IMG/VR virus record: IMGVR_UViG_3300033420_000009
Span: 1 to 49,687 of that record
DNA: 49,687 nucleotides
Strand: one strand, 5' to 3'
Source of the DNA: a virus
Taxonomy: Duplodnaviria; Caudoviricetes
Position 1 is the first letter of the stretch. Each line of letters opens with the position of its first letter. This document shows, one piece after another, positions 25,918 to 36,751 of the stretch. The notes under the pieces were generated by a model that worked only from the letters and a program-made list of their open reading frames with translations, searched no databases and was not told the DNA's origin. The position numbers and the translations under genes were made by a program.

Positions 25918-26754
25918 ATGAAACAGTTTATGGTCGCCTTTCCAATTGGAGTTACTGCAACTGCAATAGGATCATTAGCAAACTCCACCACCTCTTTCGT
26001 AGGTCGTGGGGCTGCAACTTCTCTTCATGTTATTTCTTCATTTACCAAATCTCCATATCAGTTATGGAATAAAAAGGCAAATGGTGTCATCGAAACTTCT
26101 TTTGAGTTTACCAACAACGAGATTGTTAAAGTATCCAAATTACTTTACAATGCTGGAATTCAACAGGTAACAACTATCACTCCAGGAACTTTCCCTGCTG
26201 TACAGAAACTTGGTGATGAGTACATATTGAAAATTATCAATACTACTCCTGGAACAATGAATTTACCTACAAAAACTTTTGTAGCTGTACGTAAAGGAGT
26301 TGATTTTACTGCTACCACTTTATGTGATGCTTTCAGAGCTCTCATTGGAACAAATGCAGATCTTAAAGTTGTTTCTTCTGGTACTACTACTTTGGTTCTT
26401 ACAGGTCAAACTGCCGATAACCATTTCAGAGTAGCTGTTAATGGAAACTTTGTAAATGCAGGTGTAGTTTATACAAATGCCAATACTCCTTCTCAAGGTA
26501 CTTCTGCAAAAGTAAAAGCCCTCGAAGCTGAGTGCATGTCATGGGGTAAAGGTGTTACAAACAAAGTTCAGTTTGCCGATATTCCAGCTACTGAAGTTGG
26601 TACTGGTAACTATGACATTACTGTAATTGAAATTGCCCAGTCCGGTGGTGTTGATGCTTCAGGAATGAAGAATCAGAAAGTAGAGCGTAAAATGCTCTAT
26701 ATAGCTGAGACCGCAGGTACTTCTCCTATTGGAACTCTATTTGCTGCGTTGTAG
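25918..26754 (+). CDS. virion structural protein (auxiliary capsid-like)
   Basis: T/A/G-rich beta protein; own terminator; position. Confidence 0.55.
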   Translation: MKQFMVAFPIGVTATAIGSLANSTTSFVGRGAATSLHVISSFTKSPYQLWNKKANGVIETSFEFTNNEIVKVSKLLYNAGIQQVTTITPGTFPAVQKLGDEYILKIINTTPGTMNLPTKTFVAVRKGVDFTATTLCDAFRALIGTNADLKVVSSGTTTLVLTGQTADNHFRVAVNGNFVNAGVVYTNANTPSQGTSAKVKALEAECMSWGKGVTNKVQFADIPATEVGTGNYDITVIEIAQSGGVDASGMKNQKVERKMLYIAETAGTSPIGTLFAAL

Positions 26755-26773
26755 TTTTAGTTAGTGTTGATGT

Positions 26774-26802
26774 GAGGGGGACGGGAAACCGTCCCTTCTT
26801 TT
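26774..26802 (+). terminator. intrinsic terminator
   Basis: GGGGGACGG-GAAA-CCGTCCCTT then T-run. Confidence 0.85.
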
Positions 26803-26813
26803 AAAAAATTAAT

Positions 26814-27539
26814 ATGACAAGTCTAACATTTAATTCGAATATCTGGGGCGGAAAAGCTTTACTCCTACAATACTCTGTAGTATATGGTGGTGGTGAATCT
26901 GGTTATGTTCCTAAACTGGAAGTATTATTTCCAGATAACTCGTTACTAACTATTAACGTGTTAGCATTCGCTGCTAAATTCGGTACTCTTGACGATTGGA
27001 ATACAGCTGCTGATCCTGAGTACTGGTCGAATATGAAGTTAGATTTAAGCAAGTGGAACTGGTTAACTATACCAGAATCCACTGCAAGTATTCTTCTTCT
27101 TCCATTGGAAGACCTAAAGGATGCAAATAGATATCCAGGCGGATCCTTAACAGAGTACTTTACATATGAAGATGCAGATGGAATTCCAATTGAATTTCCT
27201 GATGTTCCTTCATTCCCTGTAGGTATCTATAAAGTTACAATGAAAGGTACAGTTACCGGAACTACTGACAGAAATGACTCACGAAGAGTAATGTGCTTAT
27301 CCGAGATCGAGGACCATATTGCAAGGTACATTAATATGTACACTGATTTGAGATCTGATGAAAATGCAACTCGATCTGAAATAGAAACTCTTCGCGATAT
27401 GGTAATGAAACTTATGATGATTGAGTATACAGCCAGATATGACTTCTCTCGTAACAAGTACGAGGACTCAAATGAAAAAATTCAATCCCTTAAATTAATA
27501 TGTGAATCAGGAGAATATTCCTATAAATCCGGACACTAA
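26814..27539 (+). CDS. putative tail ring protein
   Basis: helical C-terminus ...YEDSNEKIQSLKLIC typical of crAss-like ring proteins; position. Confidence 0.5.
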   Translation: MTSLTFNSNIWGGKALLLQYSVVYGGGESGYVPKLEVLFPDNSLLTINVLAFAAKFGTLDDWNTAADPEYWSNMKLDLSKWNWLTIPESTASILLLPLEDLKDANRYPGGSLTEYFTYEDADGIPIEFPDVPSFPVGIYKVTMKGTVTGTTDRNDSRRVMCLSEIEDHIARYINMYTDLRSDENATRSEIETLRDMVMKLMMIEYTARYDFSRNKYEDSNEKIQSLKLICESGEYSYKSGH

Positions 27540-27820
27540 TGAGTATCTCTTTAAACATAAAAGATTATAATTCTGAAGCAGAATTCCTACCTGTTCTGGA
27601 CGGATGGTTGTCTAGGAACTCCGGAAGTATGGCTAAGATGATGTCTTTGAATATCGAGCATAAGGATTTATTTGATCTTATTACAGACCAATTCTTTAAT
27701 AGGTATTTATACGAGATAGAATTTGGAGCTTCATATATCCTTGATTCGAATTCTTCTCCTGTTACAATTCCGCTTACTGCGGATATGACTTTTATTACGT
27801 CCGATCAAATACAGTTATAA
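27539..27820 (+). CDS. hypothetical structural-module protein
   Basis: translationally coupled (TAATG) on both sides. Confidence 0.65.
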   Translation: MSISLNIKDYNSEAEFLPVLDGWLSRNSGSMAKMMSLNIEHKDLFDLITDQFFNRYLYEIEFGASYILDSNSSPVTIPLTADMTFITSDQIQL

Positions 27821-30800
27821 TGATTCAGTATGTCAACATAGGGGGTCAACCGAATGATGGATCTGGTGATCTTCTAAGGACGGCGTTCGCTAAAATAAAT
27901 GAATCCATTCTCCATTTATCAGAATTGGCGGATGCTTCTATAGTTGATATAAAGAATATGATCAGTTCTCCAAATGATCTGGCTCATATATTCATTGGTA
28001 ATTCTGATATAACTACACTGTTTTCTCCTATTTCCCACGACCATAATTCTGTATATTCTCTTCTTGGACATCATCATAACTCTGCATATGCCTCACTTGG
28101 GCATAATCATAACGGTGTATATTCTTTATTAGGTCATGACCATGGTGGATTATATTCATTGGATACTCATATTCATGATGAGAGATACTCTCTATTAGTA
28201 CATGCACACCCAGAATATGAAGGTGGTGGTACTGTAGATACAAATGGATGGTTTGAGTTAATGAATCCCGGACTTCCAAATGAATACCTAAGAGTAAAAA
28301 AACCGCTTTCTGGTGATTACGATATTCAAGCTTTTGGGTTTTCTGGTATGCTCCCTTCTCCATTAATAGACAATCTACCTATTGCGAGTGCTACTGTATT
28401 TGGAGTAATAAAGGTTGGAGCAAACCTTACAATTACAAATGGTGTTTTATCAGCCGATGCAGTTGGTGGTGGTGGATCTGTTAATATTTCAGGTGTACCA
28501 GTAGCAAATCAATTAGCTGTTTGGCATACTGCCGATACGATAAAAGGACTTCCGGGAATAACATTCGATGGTACAACCTTATTCGTTCAGGGTAATGTAG
28601 TTGCTCAGGGTGAGATTTCAGCCTTTCAAGGTACAGCTCCGGGATCATGGTGGGATTCCATGCCTGTAGCAACAGATACAACTCTTGGTGGTATTATGTA
28701 TAATGCCTCTCAATTTGAAGTTGTTTTAGGATCATTTCAAATAAAAGCAGGTGTATTAGTTCCCGCATCACATCAGCACTCTTGGGCTGATATAACTTCA
28801 GGTAAACCAACTACAATTTCTGGTTACGGTATTACAGATGCATTCAATGGTGCTTTTAGTTCTTTAACTGGCAAACCTACCACAAAAGCTGGTTACGGTA
28901 TTACCAATGTTCCAGATATATCTGGCACTCCATTAGTAGATCAGGTTGCAATATGGACTGATGCCGATACTCAGAAAGGTTCTCCTAATATGAAATTTGA
29001 CGGAACTACCCTTTCCATTGTAGGTAATATAATTGCTACAGGGGAGATTTCCGCATTTCAGGGAACAGCACCCGGCAATTGGTGGGATAGTATGCCTTGG
29101 GCTACTTCTACTACTTTGGGTGGTATAAAGTATGATCCTGCGATATTCGAAAGAAATGTAGGAGATCAACTCACCATTAAGCCTGGGGTAGTATCAGGTG
29201 CATCACATGATCATAATACTTTATACTTCCTTAAAGCAGAAACAACTTCTGCTATAAGTGTTGCAATAGCTAATCTTGTTGCATCCTCACCAGCAACCCT
29301 TGATACTCTTAATGAGCTTGCAACTGCATTAGGTAACGATCCTAACTTTGCTACAACCGTTTCAACCTCAATAGGGTTGAAAGCTCCAATTAATAACCCG
29401 ACATTCACCGGTACTGTATCAGGTATTACAAAGACAATGGTTGGTCTTGGTAATGTCGATAATACTTCCGATGCAAATAAACCAGTTTCCTCAGCACAAC
29501 AGACAGCTTTAAACTTAAAAGCTACCATTGGTGTAAACCCAGCAATTTCAAGGTTGGCTATATGGAGCAATGGAACAACCATAAAAGGAGATACTAATCT
29601 TACTTATGATGGTTCATACTTAAATGTTACAGGTGAAATAAGAGCTACAGCAGATGTAGTAGCTTATGCATCAGGAGCACCTTCAGGTTCATTCTGGGAT
29701 ACTATGCCAGCTGCAACAACCACAACATTAGGTGGAATTATAGTTGGTCCTAACTTCTCTATTCTTGGTGGAGTTCTTAGTATTGCAGGTGGAGTAGCTT
29801 TTAACTTATCAGCAAATTACTCACCTACAGGATTATGGAATTTTACACAGATTCCAGAAGTAGGTGGTATTGATGTTTCTTTAGTAAATCATAATCATAC
29901 TTTCGCTGCATTAATAAGTAAACCTACCACATTATCAGGGTATGGTATTACCGATGCAATGAGCACATCACATGTTGCCAATGCAATTACAGGAACTAAT
30001 ATTTCAAATTGGAACACAGCTTTTGGTTGGAATAATCATGCTTCAGCTGGTTATGCACAGGCAAATCAAACCATGTATCTTGGAACTACTGCGGTTGCTA
30101 TTAATAGAGGTTCAGGAGCATTAACACTTGCAGGTGTTAGTGTTGATTATGCTTATGGATCATCAAGAGTCGCCAGTGTGGATAGCGATAGAACATTAGC
30201 TACATATATTCCTACTTATGAAGGAGGACAACATGTTAGATTTTTCTTTGCTAATGCATCGGCAGTAGGTACAGGCGGTAGTTACGCAGGAGTAATGCAC
30301 TTTGCTCCATATACAGGAACTTCAGTATCAACAGGAGATGCTTCTTATCAAATGGCATTTGGAAGTACAGCAGTAAATGGTGGTGGAGTTCCTTCGTTGA
30401 GAATAAGAAAAGGAATAGATTCTACTTGGAATGCATGGTATGATATTCATACAGAATCATCGCATCCTGATAGTGGATATGTTCATATAGCAGGAACAGA
30501 AACCATCACTGGAGCTAAGAGGTTTGCAACTGACATATCAATAGGAAGTAATGGTACTTATACTCTAATAAAAACACCTGTTGCTGGTGCAGCTATTCAG
30601 TTTGGTGCTAATAGTGGTACTTGGGATAGAAATTTGCATCTTGGGTTTGTCGATGGTTTAGGTGCATTTAATGCAAATCTCAGTATTATTCATGCAACAG
30701 GTAATGTAGGTATTGGAACTACTTCCCCACAAACTACTCTTCATGTGCATAATACAGCATCCAATTCTACTGTATTAATTTTATCTGATGGTTCTGGATA

Positions 30801-31353
30801 TGTTGCTGATAATGGTCCTACTTTATTATTTAGACATGGAGTAGCTGTTGAAGATTTAGCAAGTATTAGAGGAGGATTTGAAGCATCAGATAATGATAAT
30901 TTTGGAAACTTAGTTTTTGGAACAAGGACATCAAATGCCTTGGGGATCCAAGAAAAAATGAGGATTTCCTCTTCTGGTAGAATTTTTATAGGAATAGCAT
31001 CTTCAACAAGAGATTTTATACTCTCTAAATCAGTAGCCGGTGATGTGGTTTCAGAATTTGCAAATACAAATACCGCTGGAACTACAGCAAGAAACATTCT
31101 ACTATGCAATACTGATGCAAGTGGATCAGCTTTAGGACTTTATTCCTATGGAACAGCCAATACAGGTAGTCTCTTTGGTGAACCTATGACCAAAGGATCA
31201 GCTCTTATTTTCGGTGGAAACAATTCAAAAGCAATAATAGGAGTAAGTAATGCTGCTATTCCTTTGATGTTTGCAACAAATGGCGATGTAAGAATGACAT
31301 TAGCAACAAGTGGAAATTTAACAGTCACGGGAGACGTAATCGCATACGGATAA
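27820..31353 (+). CDS. long tail fibre protein
   Basis: NIGGQPNDGSGDLLR start, HxH repeats, PATLDTLNELATALGNDPNFATT, GLGNVDNTSD, GNVGIGTTSP fibre motifs. Confidence 0.88.
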   Translation: MIQYVNIGGQPNDGSGDLLRTAFAKINESILHLSELADASIVDIKNMISSPNDLAHIFIGNSDITTLFSPISHDHNSVYSLLGHHHNSAYASLGHNHNGVYSLLGHDHGGLYSLDTHIHDERYSLLVHAHPEYEGGGTVDTNGWFELMNPGLPNEYLRVKKPLSGDYDIQAFGFSGMLPSPLIDNLPIASATVFGVIKVGANLTITNGVLSADAVGGGGSVNISGVPVANQLAVWHTADTIKGLPGITFDGTTLFVQGNVVAQGEISAFQGTAPGSWWDSMPVATDTTLGGIMYNASQFEVVLGSFQIKAGVLVPASHQHSWADITSGKPTTISGYGITDAFNGAFSSLTGKPTTKAGYGITNVPDISGTPLVDQVAIWTDADTQKGSPNMKFDGTTLSIVGNIIATGEISAFQGTAPGNWWDSMPWATSTTLGGIKYDPAIFERNVGDQLTIKPGVVSGASHDHNTLYFLKAETTSAISVAIANLVASSPATLDTLNELATALGNDPNFATTVSTSIGLKAPINNPTFTGTVSGITKTMVGLGNVDNTSDANKPVSSAQQTALNLKATIGVNPAISRLAIWSNGTTIKGDTNLTYDGSYLNVTGEIRATADVVAYASGAPSGSFWDTMPAATTTTLGGIIVGPNFSILGGVLSIAGGVAFNLSANYSPTGLWNFTQIPEVGGIDVSLVNHNHTFAALISKPTTLSGYGITDAMSTSHVANAITGTNISNWNTAFGWNNHASAGYAQANQTMYLGTTAVAINRGSGALTLAGVSVDYAYGSSRVASVDSDRTLATYIPTYEGGQHVRFFFANASAVGTGGSYAGVMHFAPYTGTSVSTGDASYQMAFGSTAVNGGGVPSLRIRKGIDSTWNAWYDIHTESSHPDSGYVHIAGTETITGAKRFATDISIGSNGTYTLIKTPVAGAAIQFGANSGTWDRNLHLGFVDGLGAFNANLSIIHATGNVGIGTTSPQTTLHVHNTASNSTVLILSDGSGYVADNGPTLLFRHGVAVEDLASIRGGFEASDNDNFGNLVFGTRTSNALGIQEKMRISSSGRIFIGIASSTRDFILSKSVAGDVVSEFANTNTAGTTARNILLCNTDASGSALGLYSYGTANTGSLFGEPMTKGSALIFGGNNSKAIIGVSNAAIPLMFATNGDVRMTLATSGNLTVTGDVIAYG
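28036..28209 (+). repeat. 33-nt/11-aa His-rich tandem repeat (HxH...YSLLG) x5
   Basis: HDHNSVYSLLG HHHNSAYASLG HNHNGVYSLLG HDHGGLYSLDT HIHDERYSLLV HAH. Confidence 0.85.
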
Positions 31354-31356
31354 ATT

Positions 31357-32766
31357 ATGGCATTAGGACAAACAAACATATCGATAACTTCTGTTAGAAA
31401 CCTTATAGGTTCTACCAGTTACAATCTATTTTTACTTGGCACATCTGCTCTTGTCAATATGTGGAGTAAGTATAAACCTGTTCGGGGTACTTATCCTGCT
31501 TCATCAAATGGTAAGTATGGATACGATATTCCATTACGATCAGGGAGTAGTTATACTCCTACTAACTGGGCTTATCTAAAACCTCAAGGGGGTTCTCCCG
31601 GTGGCGTACCTGATGAACCTGTTCGATTAGGCGATTTCAGAGGATACGAGCATAATCCGGATTTAACTTATCCACCTGTATATGCTAATAGTGCAGAGCA
31701 AAACGAATATGCTGCATTGCATCCGGCTGCTCCAAATGGATATTCTGCTTCCGGTTCAGTTATAGCAAGATTTGTTACTGCTACAAATGCATTAAGACCT
31801 TCCATGATAGAGCTGGGATTTGGAGCTTATTACTTTGGTCTTATTTGCAAAGTTGGAATATCATCATATTTTATTAAAACTCTTACTACAGCAATATCTA
31901 CTTATGCTGATGGGGCTCAAAAAACAATTGGGTATAGTGCATCATTAGTAAATAATACCTTATGGGATTCTACCTATTCAGACCTTCCTTTTGGAACAGG
32001 TGCGTATGAAATGCAATTTATTATATGTAGTAATTCTCATGCATCTTGGACTTCAAGTATTACCGGAACAATATATAAGCTTCCTTCGGGATCACAGGGA
32101 AGTATTTCATTTAAAAACACATTTTCATTTATAGTAAAACCTTGGTTAGTTGTTGTTGGAAGTATAGCGTTAGCCCACAATGCTAATACCCGTGCTTTAG
32201 CTAAAGAAGTTCAAGTATTCTTATCCAATCCTTCTTTACCATATACCGTAACTATGCCTAATGCTGATTTTACGTTTGAAGTATGGACCGATTCAATTGC
32301 TAATGGAGGAACTAAAACAAGTACTGTGGCTCAATGGGTTCATGGTACATGGATACGTGTATGGGTGGAGATAGAGAGACTTGCTGGTTATAATGGACTA
32401 TTTGGTGTAGATGCAGCCAATTGCGCTACATTTGCGGTTGGTTTAGTCAGAGCTGCTGCTCCTGCTGTTGTTCTTCCGGAATCATGGGACTCAAATCTTA
32501 CATTGTCTGGGACTATAAGTGGTCATACTACAAGTGGAATACATATAACTTTTACAGCGAATTTCGAATACCCAAAAGTGCCTATTGGATATATTATTAA
32601 TGTAAATGGAGTTGATCAATATTCATCAGGATCATCAGGTATTGATGCTGATACAGGAGCGCAAATGACAGGTGTGGCGTTAACTTATTCAGGAGTAACA
32701 TATACTTATGGAGATACCATCATAGTGAAAATGTATAGAGGTGCAGCTCCAAGCTTAGGAACTTAA
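31357..32766 (+). CDS. tail fibre-associated / receptor-binding protein
   Basis: VNMWSKYKPV and RLGDFRGY N-terminal motifs seen in Bacteroidota phage fibre partners. Confidence 0.65.
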   Translation: MALGQTNISITSVRNLIGSTSYNLFLLGTSALVNMWSKYKPVRGTYPASSNGKYGYDIPLRSGSSYTPTNWAYLKPQGGSPGGVPDEPVRLGDFRGYEHNPDLTYPPVYANSAEQNEYAALHPAAPNGYSASGSVIARFVTATNALRPSMIELGFGAYYFGLICKVGISSYFIKTLTTAISTYADGAQKTIGYSASLVNNTLWDSTYSDLPFGTGAYEMQFIICSNSHASWTSSITGTIYKLPSGSQGSISFKNTFSFIVKPWLVVVGSIALAHNANTRALAKEVQVFLSNPSLPYTVTMPNADFTFEVWTDSIANGGTKTSTVAQWVHGTWIRVWVEIERLAGYNGLFGVDAANCATFAVGLVRAAAPAVVLPESWDSNLTLSGTISGHTTSGIHITFTANFEYPKVPIGYIINVNGVDQYSSGSSGIDADTGAQMTGVALTYSGVTYTYGDTIIVKMYRGAAPSLGT

Positions 32767-32795
32767 TTTAATATCAACCAAATAAAAACAACACA

Positions 32796-32948
32796 ATGAA
32801 AACAATCTTAGTAGTAGTAGTTCTTGCAGTAATCGCAGTAGCTTTTATTGCATTCGCAGTAAAGAAGAAAAGTAACACCGACAAGCTGGTAAACAAATTT
32901 CCAGCGAATGAGAGTAAAGAAAAAAGACACAACGAAAAACCTGTTTAA
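32796..32948 (+). CDS. small membrane protein (50 aa, MKTILVVVVLAVIAVAFIAFAVKKK...)
   Basis: hand-translated; single TM, AT-rich leader, stop 2 nt before the next ATG. Confidence 0.65.
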   Translation: MKTILVVVVLAVIAVAFIAFAVKKKSNTDKLVNKFPANESKEKRHNEKPV

Positions 32949-32950
32949 TT

Positions 32951-33265
32951 ATGAAAATGCAATTATCAGTACTTGACAGATTAATATTTTCATCATTACT
33001 CCCTAAATCTGGGGGTATGATGGAAATGGAATTAGTAGCTGTAGTGAAGAGTAAAGTAGCTTTCACAGCTAAAGAACATACCAAGTTCGAGTTGAAAGAC
33101 TTGCAGAACGGTAGTGTTTCTTGGAACCCGAAAGCACCGGAGGTAGAATTCGACTTTGAGGAATCAGAAGTTAAGCTTCTCAAAAAAGGAGTTGAAATGA
33201 ATGATAAAGCCGAATCCATCAACGAGCAGAACTTGGAGCTGGCTAAAAAGATCATGAAGTTATGA
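32951..33265 (+). CDS. hypothetical protein (possible fibre chaperone)
   Basis: LSVLDRL...LLP..G pattern; position after fibres. Confidence 0.6.
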   Translation: MKMQLSVLDRLIFSSLLPKSGGMMEMELVAVVKSKVAFTAKEHTKFELKDLQNGSVSWNPKAPEVEFDFEESEVKLLKKGVEMNDKAESINEQNLELAKKIMKL

Positions 33266-33699
33266 ACCCAGCAATCTATTCCATATTAGTATTCACCCCA
33301 TATTTATTTGGGTGTTACTTTCTTTTTGGTATCCTTAAATCAGTATCAGCGAGTTACTATGAGATAAAGCATAAAGCAATTTTCACTTTTGTATTGTGGG
33401 GATTTGCTTTACCAGTAATGATAGCAGGGGATTCCGCTTGGTTTTTCCTTGCTGGTTCTGCTATATTCTTTGTCGGGGCTGCTCCAGAGTATAAGTATAA
33501 ACTCGAAGGCGATGTTCATTATGTGGCTGCGGTATTAAGCATACTATTTGGATTAATTGGAATAGTGGATAAAGGAGACTTGGAAATTGCTTTAGGTTTA
33601 GCGGTTGGAATAGCTCTTCTAAGACTGGTAAAGAATTACACCTACTGGCAGGAACTTCTTGCTTTCTATGGGATAACACTTTATATAATTTTACGGTAA
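33262..33699 (+). CDS. multi-pass membrane protein
   Basis: several TM segments; S.SASYY, FVGAAP, H...A motifs. Confidence 0.7.
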   Translation: MNPAIYSILVFTPYLFGCYFLFGILKSVSASYYEIKHKAIFTFVLWGFALPVMIAGDSAWFFLAGSAIFFVGAAPEYKYKLEGDVHYVAAVLSILFGLIGIVDKGDLEIALGLAVGIALLRLVKNYTYWQELLAFYGITLYIILR

Positions 33700-33980
33700 T
33701 GCAAAAAATATCATTCATCTACCCCTCTGATCTTGGAGGCTTAAAGACTGACGAGAATGGGAACTATCTTGTACCAGAGGGGTTCGAGATATACAAGATT
33801 CCTACAGCCGAAGAAGTACGGTTGCAAAGGATAGCAGAACTTCAAGCACAGATCGACCAGATACAGTTGATGCCTGAGCCGAGTGATCAGGAGTACTTGG
33901 AGTTTGGGAAGATGATGCACCCGTACCGTACTGAGAAAATGAGATTGGAAATGTTAAATCAAGAGTTAAATACTTTGTAA
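33699..33980 (+). CDS. hypothetical protein
   Basis: coupled ORF. Confidence 0.6.
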   Translation: MQKISFIYPSDLGGLKTDENGNYLVPEGFEIYKIPTAEEVRLQRIAELQAQIDQIQLMPEPSDQEYLEFGKMMHPYRTEKMRLEMLNQELNTL

Positions 33981-35971
33981 TGGCTATTAGAGTATATAGA
34001 TGGAGGAAACCTGAACTTACTGTTACACCAACAGTGGGAGGTACTCTTCTTGCCAATACTACATATTATCTTACAGGGTACTTAGGAAAACGACAGAACT
34101 CCTATAATGAATGCGATGGACCATTTGCTGATGTAGTATCTTTTACAACTGACACAGTAAATAAATCTATTTCAGTATATTGGAAGGTAACAGTACCTAT
34201 TCAAAGTTTTGCTGATGCTGGTAGCGGAAGAATAAGAGTAACAGCTACTAATCATTGTTTAACAGCTGCAGATACTTTAATAATTGAAGGTGGAGTTCAT
34301 GCAGGTACTTATACCGTAACTACTTGGGAGAATTACAATCAATTTTTAATCACCCGAGCTTTTGTTAGTGATTACACAACTACATTTAGAGTTGAAACAC
34401 CTCATAATAGGTGCACAGATAATGCTAATGGTACGGTTTGGTTGAAGCTATATTTAGACACAACGACGCCTTTTAATGGAACAGCATGGCAAGGACTCTC
34501 GTCAAGGTTTTCTCACATCTACATTGCTGACGGTTACACGACTAATAATATAGTAATTACAGCTCCTTTTAATGTAAGTTATAATGCAGCCCAACATCCA
34601 CAAGTTTACGCTGATGGGTATACATTTCCAAGTTGGTGTAAGGTTAAAGAAAAAGGAAAGATTTATATTGAAATTACAGCATCCACGGAAACTGTAGCAA
34701 CATTAAAACAGGCATTAATAGATGCTGATGTTCAGGATGTTGCTTATTGCACCTCTAAGGAATTTGTTCTTTTTGGTACTTTGTATGTTTATTCAGGGTC
34801 TATTACCTTTACTGATTTTATTATAGTATGTCATTGGGGAAATATGGATTCTGCAAGTTTTGGCAATTTGCTTGTTTATGTAAGATGTTCCTTAAATTTT
34901 ATACAAACTTGGTATAAGGCTTATCTCAGGAGCAATGCGAGTTACTGCAATATCATAATTCAAGTATTTTATGGAGTAGCCTTAAGCGGTAGTGGAGCAA
35001 ATAATATACCGACTGGTTTGAATAATACGTACCTAATGTCGCCTGGATTATCAGGAGAACAGGTAATTTTAGTTGGTTATACTAATATGACTATGACTAT
35101 TCCGGGAAATGGAGTATGGCTGCATTTCTCGAATATAGGTAAAGAATTAATCAACTGTAAATTATATCAAGGAGCTATGATGCTAAACCTATCTGTTAAT
35201 GTTTTAGAGTATAGAACAGTTAGGGGATTATATATTGAAAGTCCGTATGGTTATGATATTATTCACATGAGTAATTATGAATCCCATTATGATAATGTGG
35301 ATAATAACAGAGCTTTAAATCGCAAAACTGTTTATGCTCATTCTTCATATTATGGTTTAGGGGTTGGTAAAGTTTACTTTCATAGAACAGGGATTATTTT
35401 AGTTAAGACTTCTGACGGAGTTGCAATACAATCCGCACAAGTGATTATCACAGATAATGTTGGTAATGTCTATACTTATACAACGGATGTAAATGGTAGC
35501 GTGAGTTATGACGTTTTGGAGCAAGTAAGCACATCGCCCGCACTGGTGAATAATTATTACACAAATATATTTTATGAAAACTTTGAGATTACGGTTTCAA
35601 AGACAGGGAGCCAAACAAGTAAGGAAATTCACGCCACTTTAAATGGTAAGACCGTTATCGACATCGCCCTCCTCAAACTCCCCTTGCAAATTACCTCAGT
35701 TGACATAACCGACTGCTCAGCTCCGGGAGTGAGTGACGGAAGTCTCGCAATTACAGCCGAAGGAGGAACTTCCCCGTTTGAGTATTCTTTGGATGGGAGT
35801 ACTTGGCAGATAGGAAATACTTTTACTGGACTTAGTTCTGGTAGCTATTCTGTATATGTTAGAGATTCCGCTCTTGCTATTACTGAAATGACCAATGTTG
35901 AAATAGAAGAACCAACATATGCTATCACATACGTGGAAGGAAATATTCAAGGTTATATCCAAAAGGTCTAA
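33980..35971 (+). CDS. putative tail/structural protein with beta-rich body and C-terminal SprB-like repeat
   Basis: DGSLAITAEGGTSPFEYSLDG..WQ..NTFTGLSSGSY.VYVRD; preceding carboxypeptidase-regulatory-like segment. Confidence 0.65.
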   Translation: MAIRVYRWRKPELTVTPTVGGTLLANTTYYLTGYLGKRQNSYNECDGPFADVVSFTTDTVNKSISVYWKVTVPIQSFADAGSGRIRVTATNHCLTAADTLIIEGGVHAGTYTVTTWENYNQFLITRAFVSDYTTTFRVETPHNRCTDNANGTVWLKLYLDTTTPFNGTAWQGLSSRFSHIYIADGYTTNNIVITAPFNVSYNAAQHPQVYADGYTFPSWCKVKEKGKIYIEITASTETVATLKQALIDADVQDVAYCTSKEFVLFGTLYVYSGSITFTDFIIVCHWGNMDSASFGNLLVYVRCSLNFIQTWYKAYLRSNASYCNIIIQVFYGVALSGSGANNIPTGLNNTYLMSPGLSGEQVILVGYTNMTMTIPGNGVWLHFSNIGKELINCKLYQGAMMLNLSVNVLEYRTVRGLYIESPYGYDIIHMSNYESHYDNVDNNRALNRKTVYAHSSYYGLGVGKVYFHRTGIILVKTSDGVAIQSAQVIITDNVGNVYTYTTDVNGSVSYDVLEQVSTSPALVNNYYTNIFYENFEITVSKTGSQTSKEIHATLNGKTVIDIALLKLPLQITSVDITDCSAPGVSDGSLAITAEGGTSPFEYSLDGSTWQIGNTFTGLSSGSYSVYVRDSALAITEMTNVEIEEPTYAITYVEGNIQGYIQKV

Positions 35972-36047
35972 GTAATCTTATATATAGAATCTCCATTCTA
36001 CCTGTTTTTTATTTCCAAATGTATCTTGGTAAATAAAAAATCATATC

Positions 36048-36248
36048 ATGAAAGCATCTGCTAAACATTTTTACAAGCCTACTCCTATTATCTGGAGAAA
36101 AATCGGCGACTCACTACTCGCAGTGGGCGGACTACTTGGTACTTATGCTATTACAGAAGATCTGAAATGGCTGGGTATAACACTTATCGCTTGTTCGATA
36201 GTTGGAAAGTTCCTTACCAATTTCTTTAAAGAGGATCCTAAATCATAA
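36048..36248 (+). CDS. putative holin
   Basis: 66 aa, two TMs, PTP..WRKIGD motif, charged C-terminus. Confidence 0.6.
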   Translation: MKASAKHFYKPTPIIWRKIGDSLLAVGGLLGTYAITEDLKWLGITLIACSIVGKFLTNFFKEDPKS

Positions 36249-36342
36249 CCCATGTCTAATTTGGAAGGAACTATAGAAACCATTGAATTATATGGTGTTA
36301 TAGATACTCAAGAAATTATTGGTTACATAGAATAATATTAAT

Positions 36343-36660
36343 ATGGATAACAATATAAAATTTTATCAAGGGAACTCATTTGACGCACTGATACCCGTCA
36401 TAAATAAAACTACTGGATTATCGGTGGATATTTCTGCCTATACTGCATCAGTTACAATCAGGAAGAAACTTAAGGATCCGGAAATTGTACTTACAAAAGC
36501 GCTTGCAATCGCAGCCAACAAGATACAGTTATCTTTTATTTCTACAGAAACTCTGCTCCCAGCCGGTTCATATGTTTATGATGTTGTTATTGTTTTGAAC
36601 GGAGATGTTAAAACTGTTATCCAGGCTTCCATAAAAGTTATGGATTCTGTAAAATATTAA
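36343..36660 (+). CDS. BppU-N-like structural protein
   Basis: YQGNSF...DISAYT...L...ET..L..G.YVYDV pattern. Confidence 0.6.
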   Translation: MDNNIKFYQGNSFDALIPVINKTTGLSVDISAYTASVTIRKKLKDPEIVLTKALAIAANKIQLSFISTETLLPAGSYVYDVVIVLNGDVKTVIQASIKVMDSVKY

Positions 36661-36751
36661 TTTAAAAAGCACACGTAACCGATCAATATAATAAACCTTT
36701 TTATCATATACTTTTTCAGCGTGTATCTTTAAACTCATAATACGAATAAAA

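Noticed and set aside
36252-36335. 27-aa ORF MSNLEGTIETIELYGVIDTQEIIGYIE
   Set aside because: It plausibly fills the gap, but it is too short to support without homologs.
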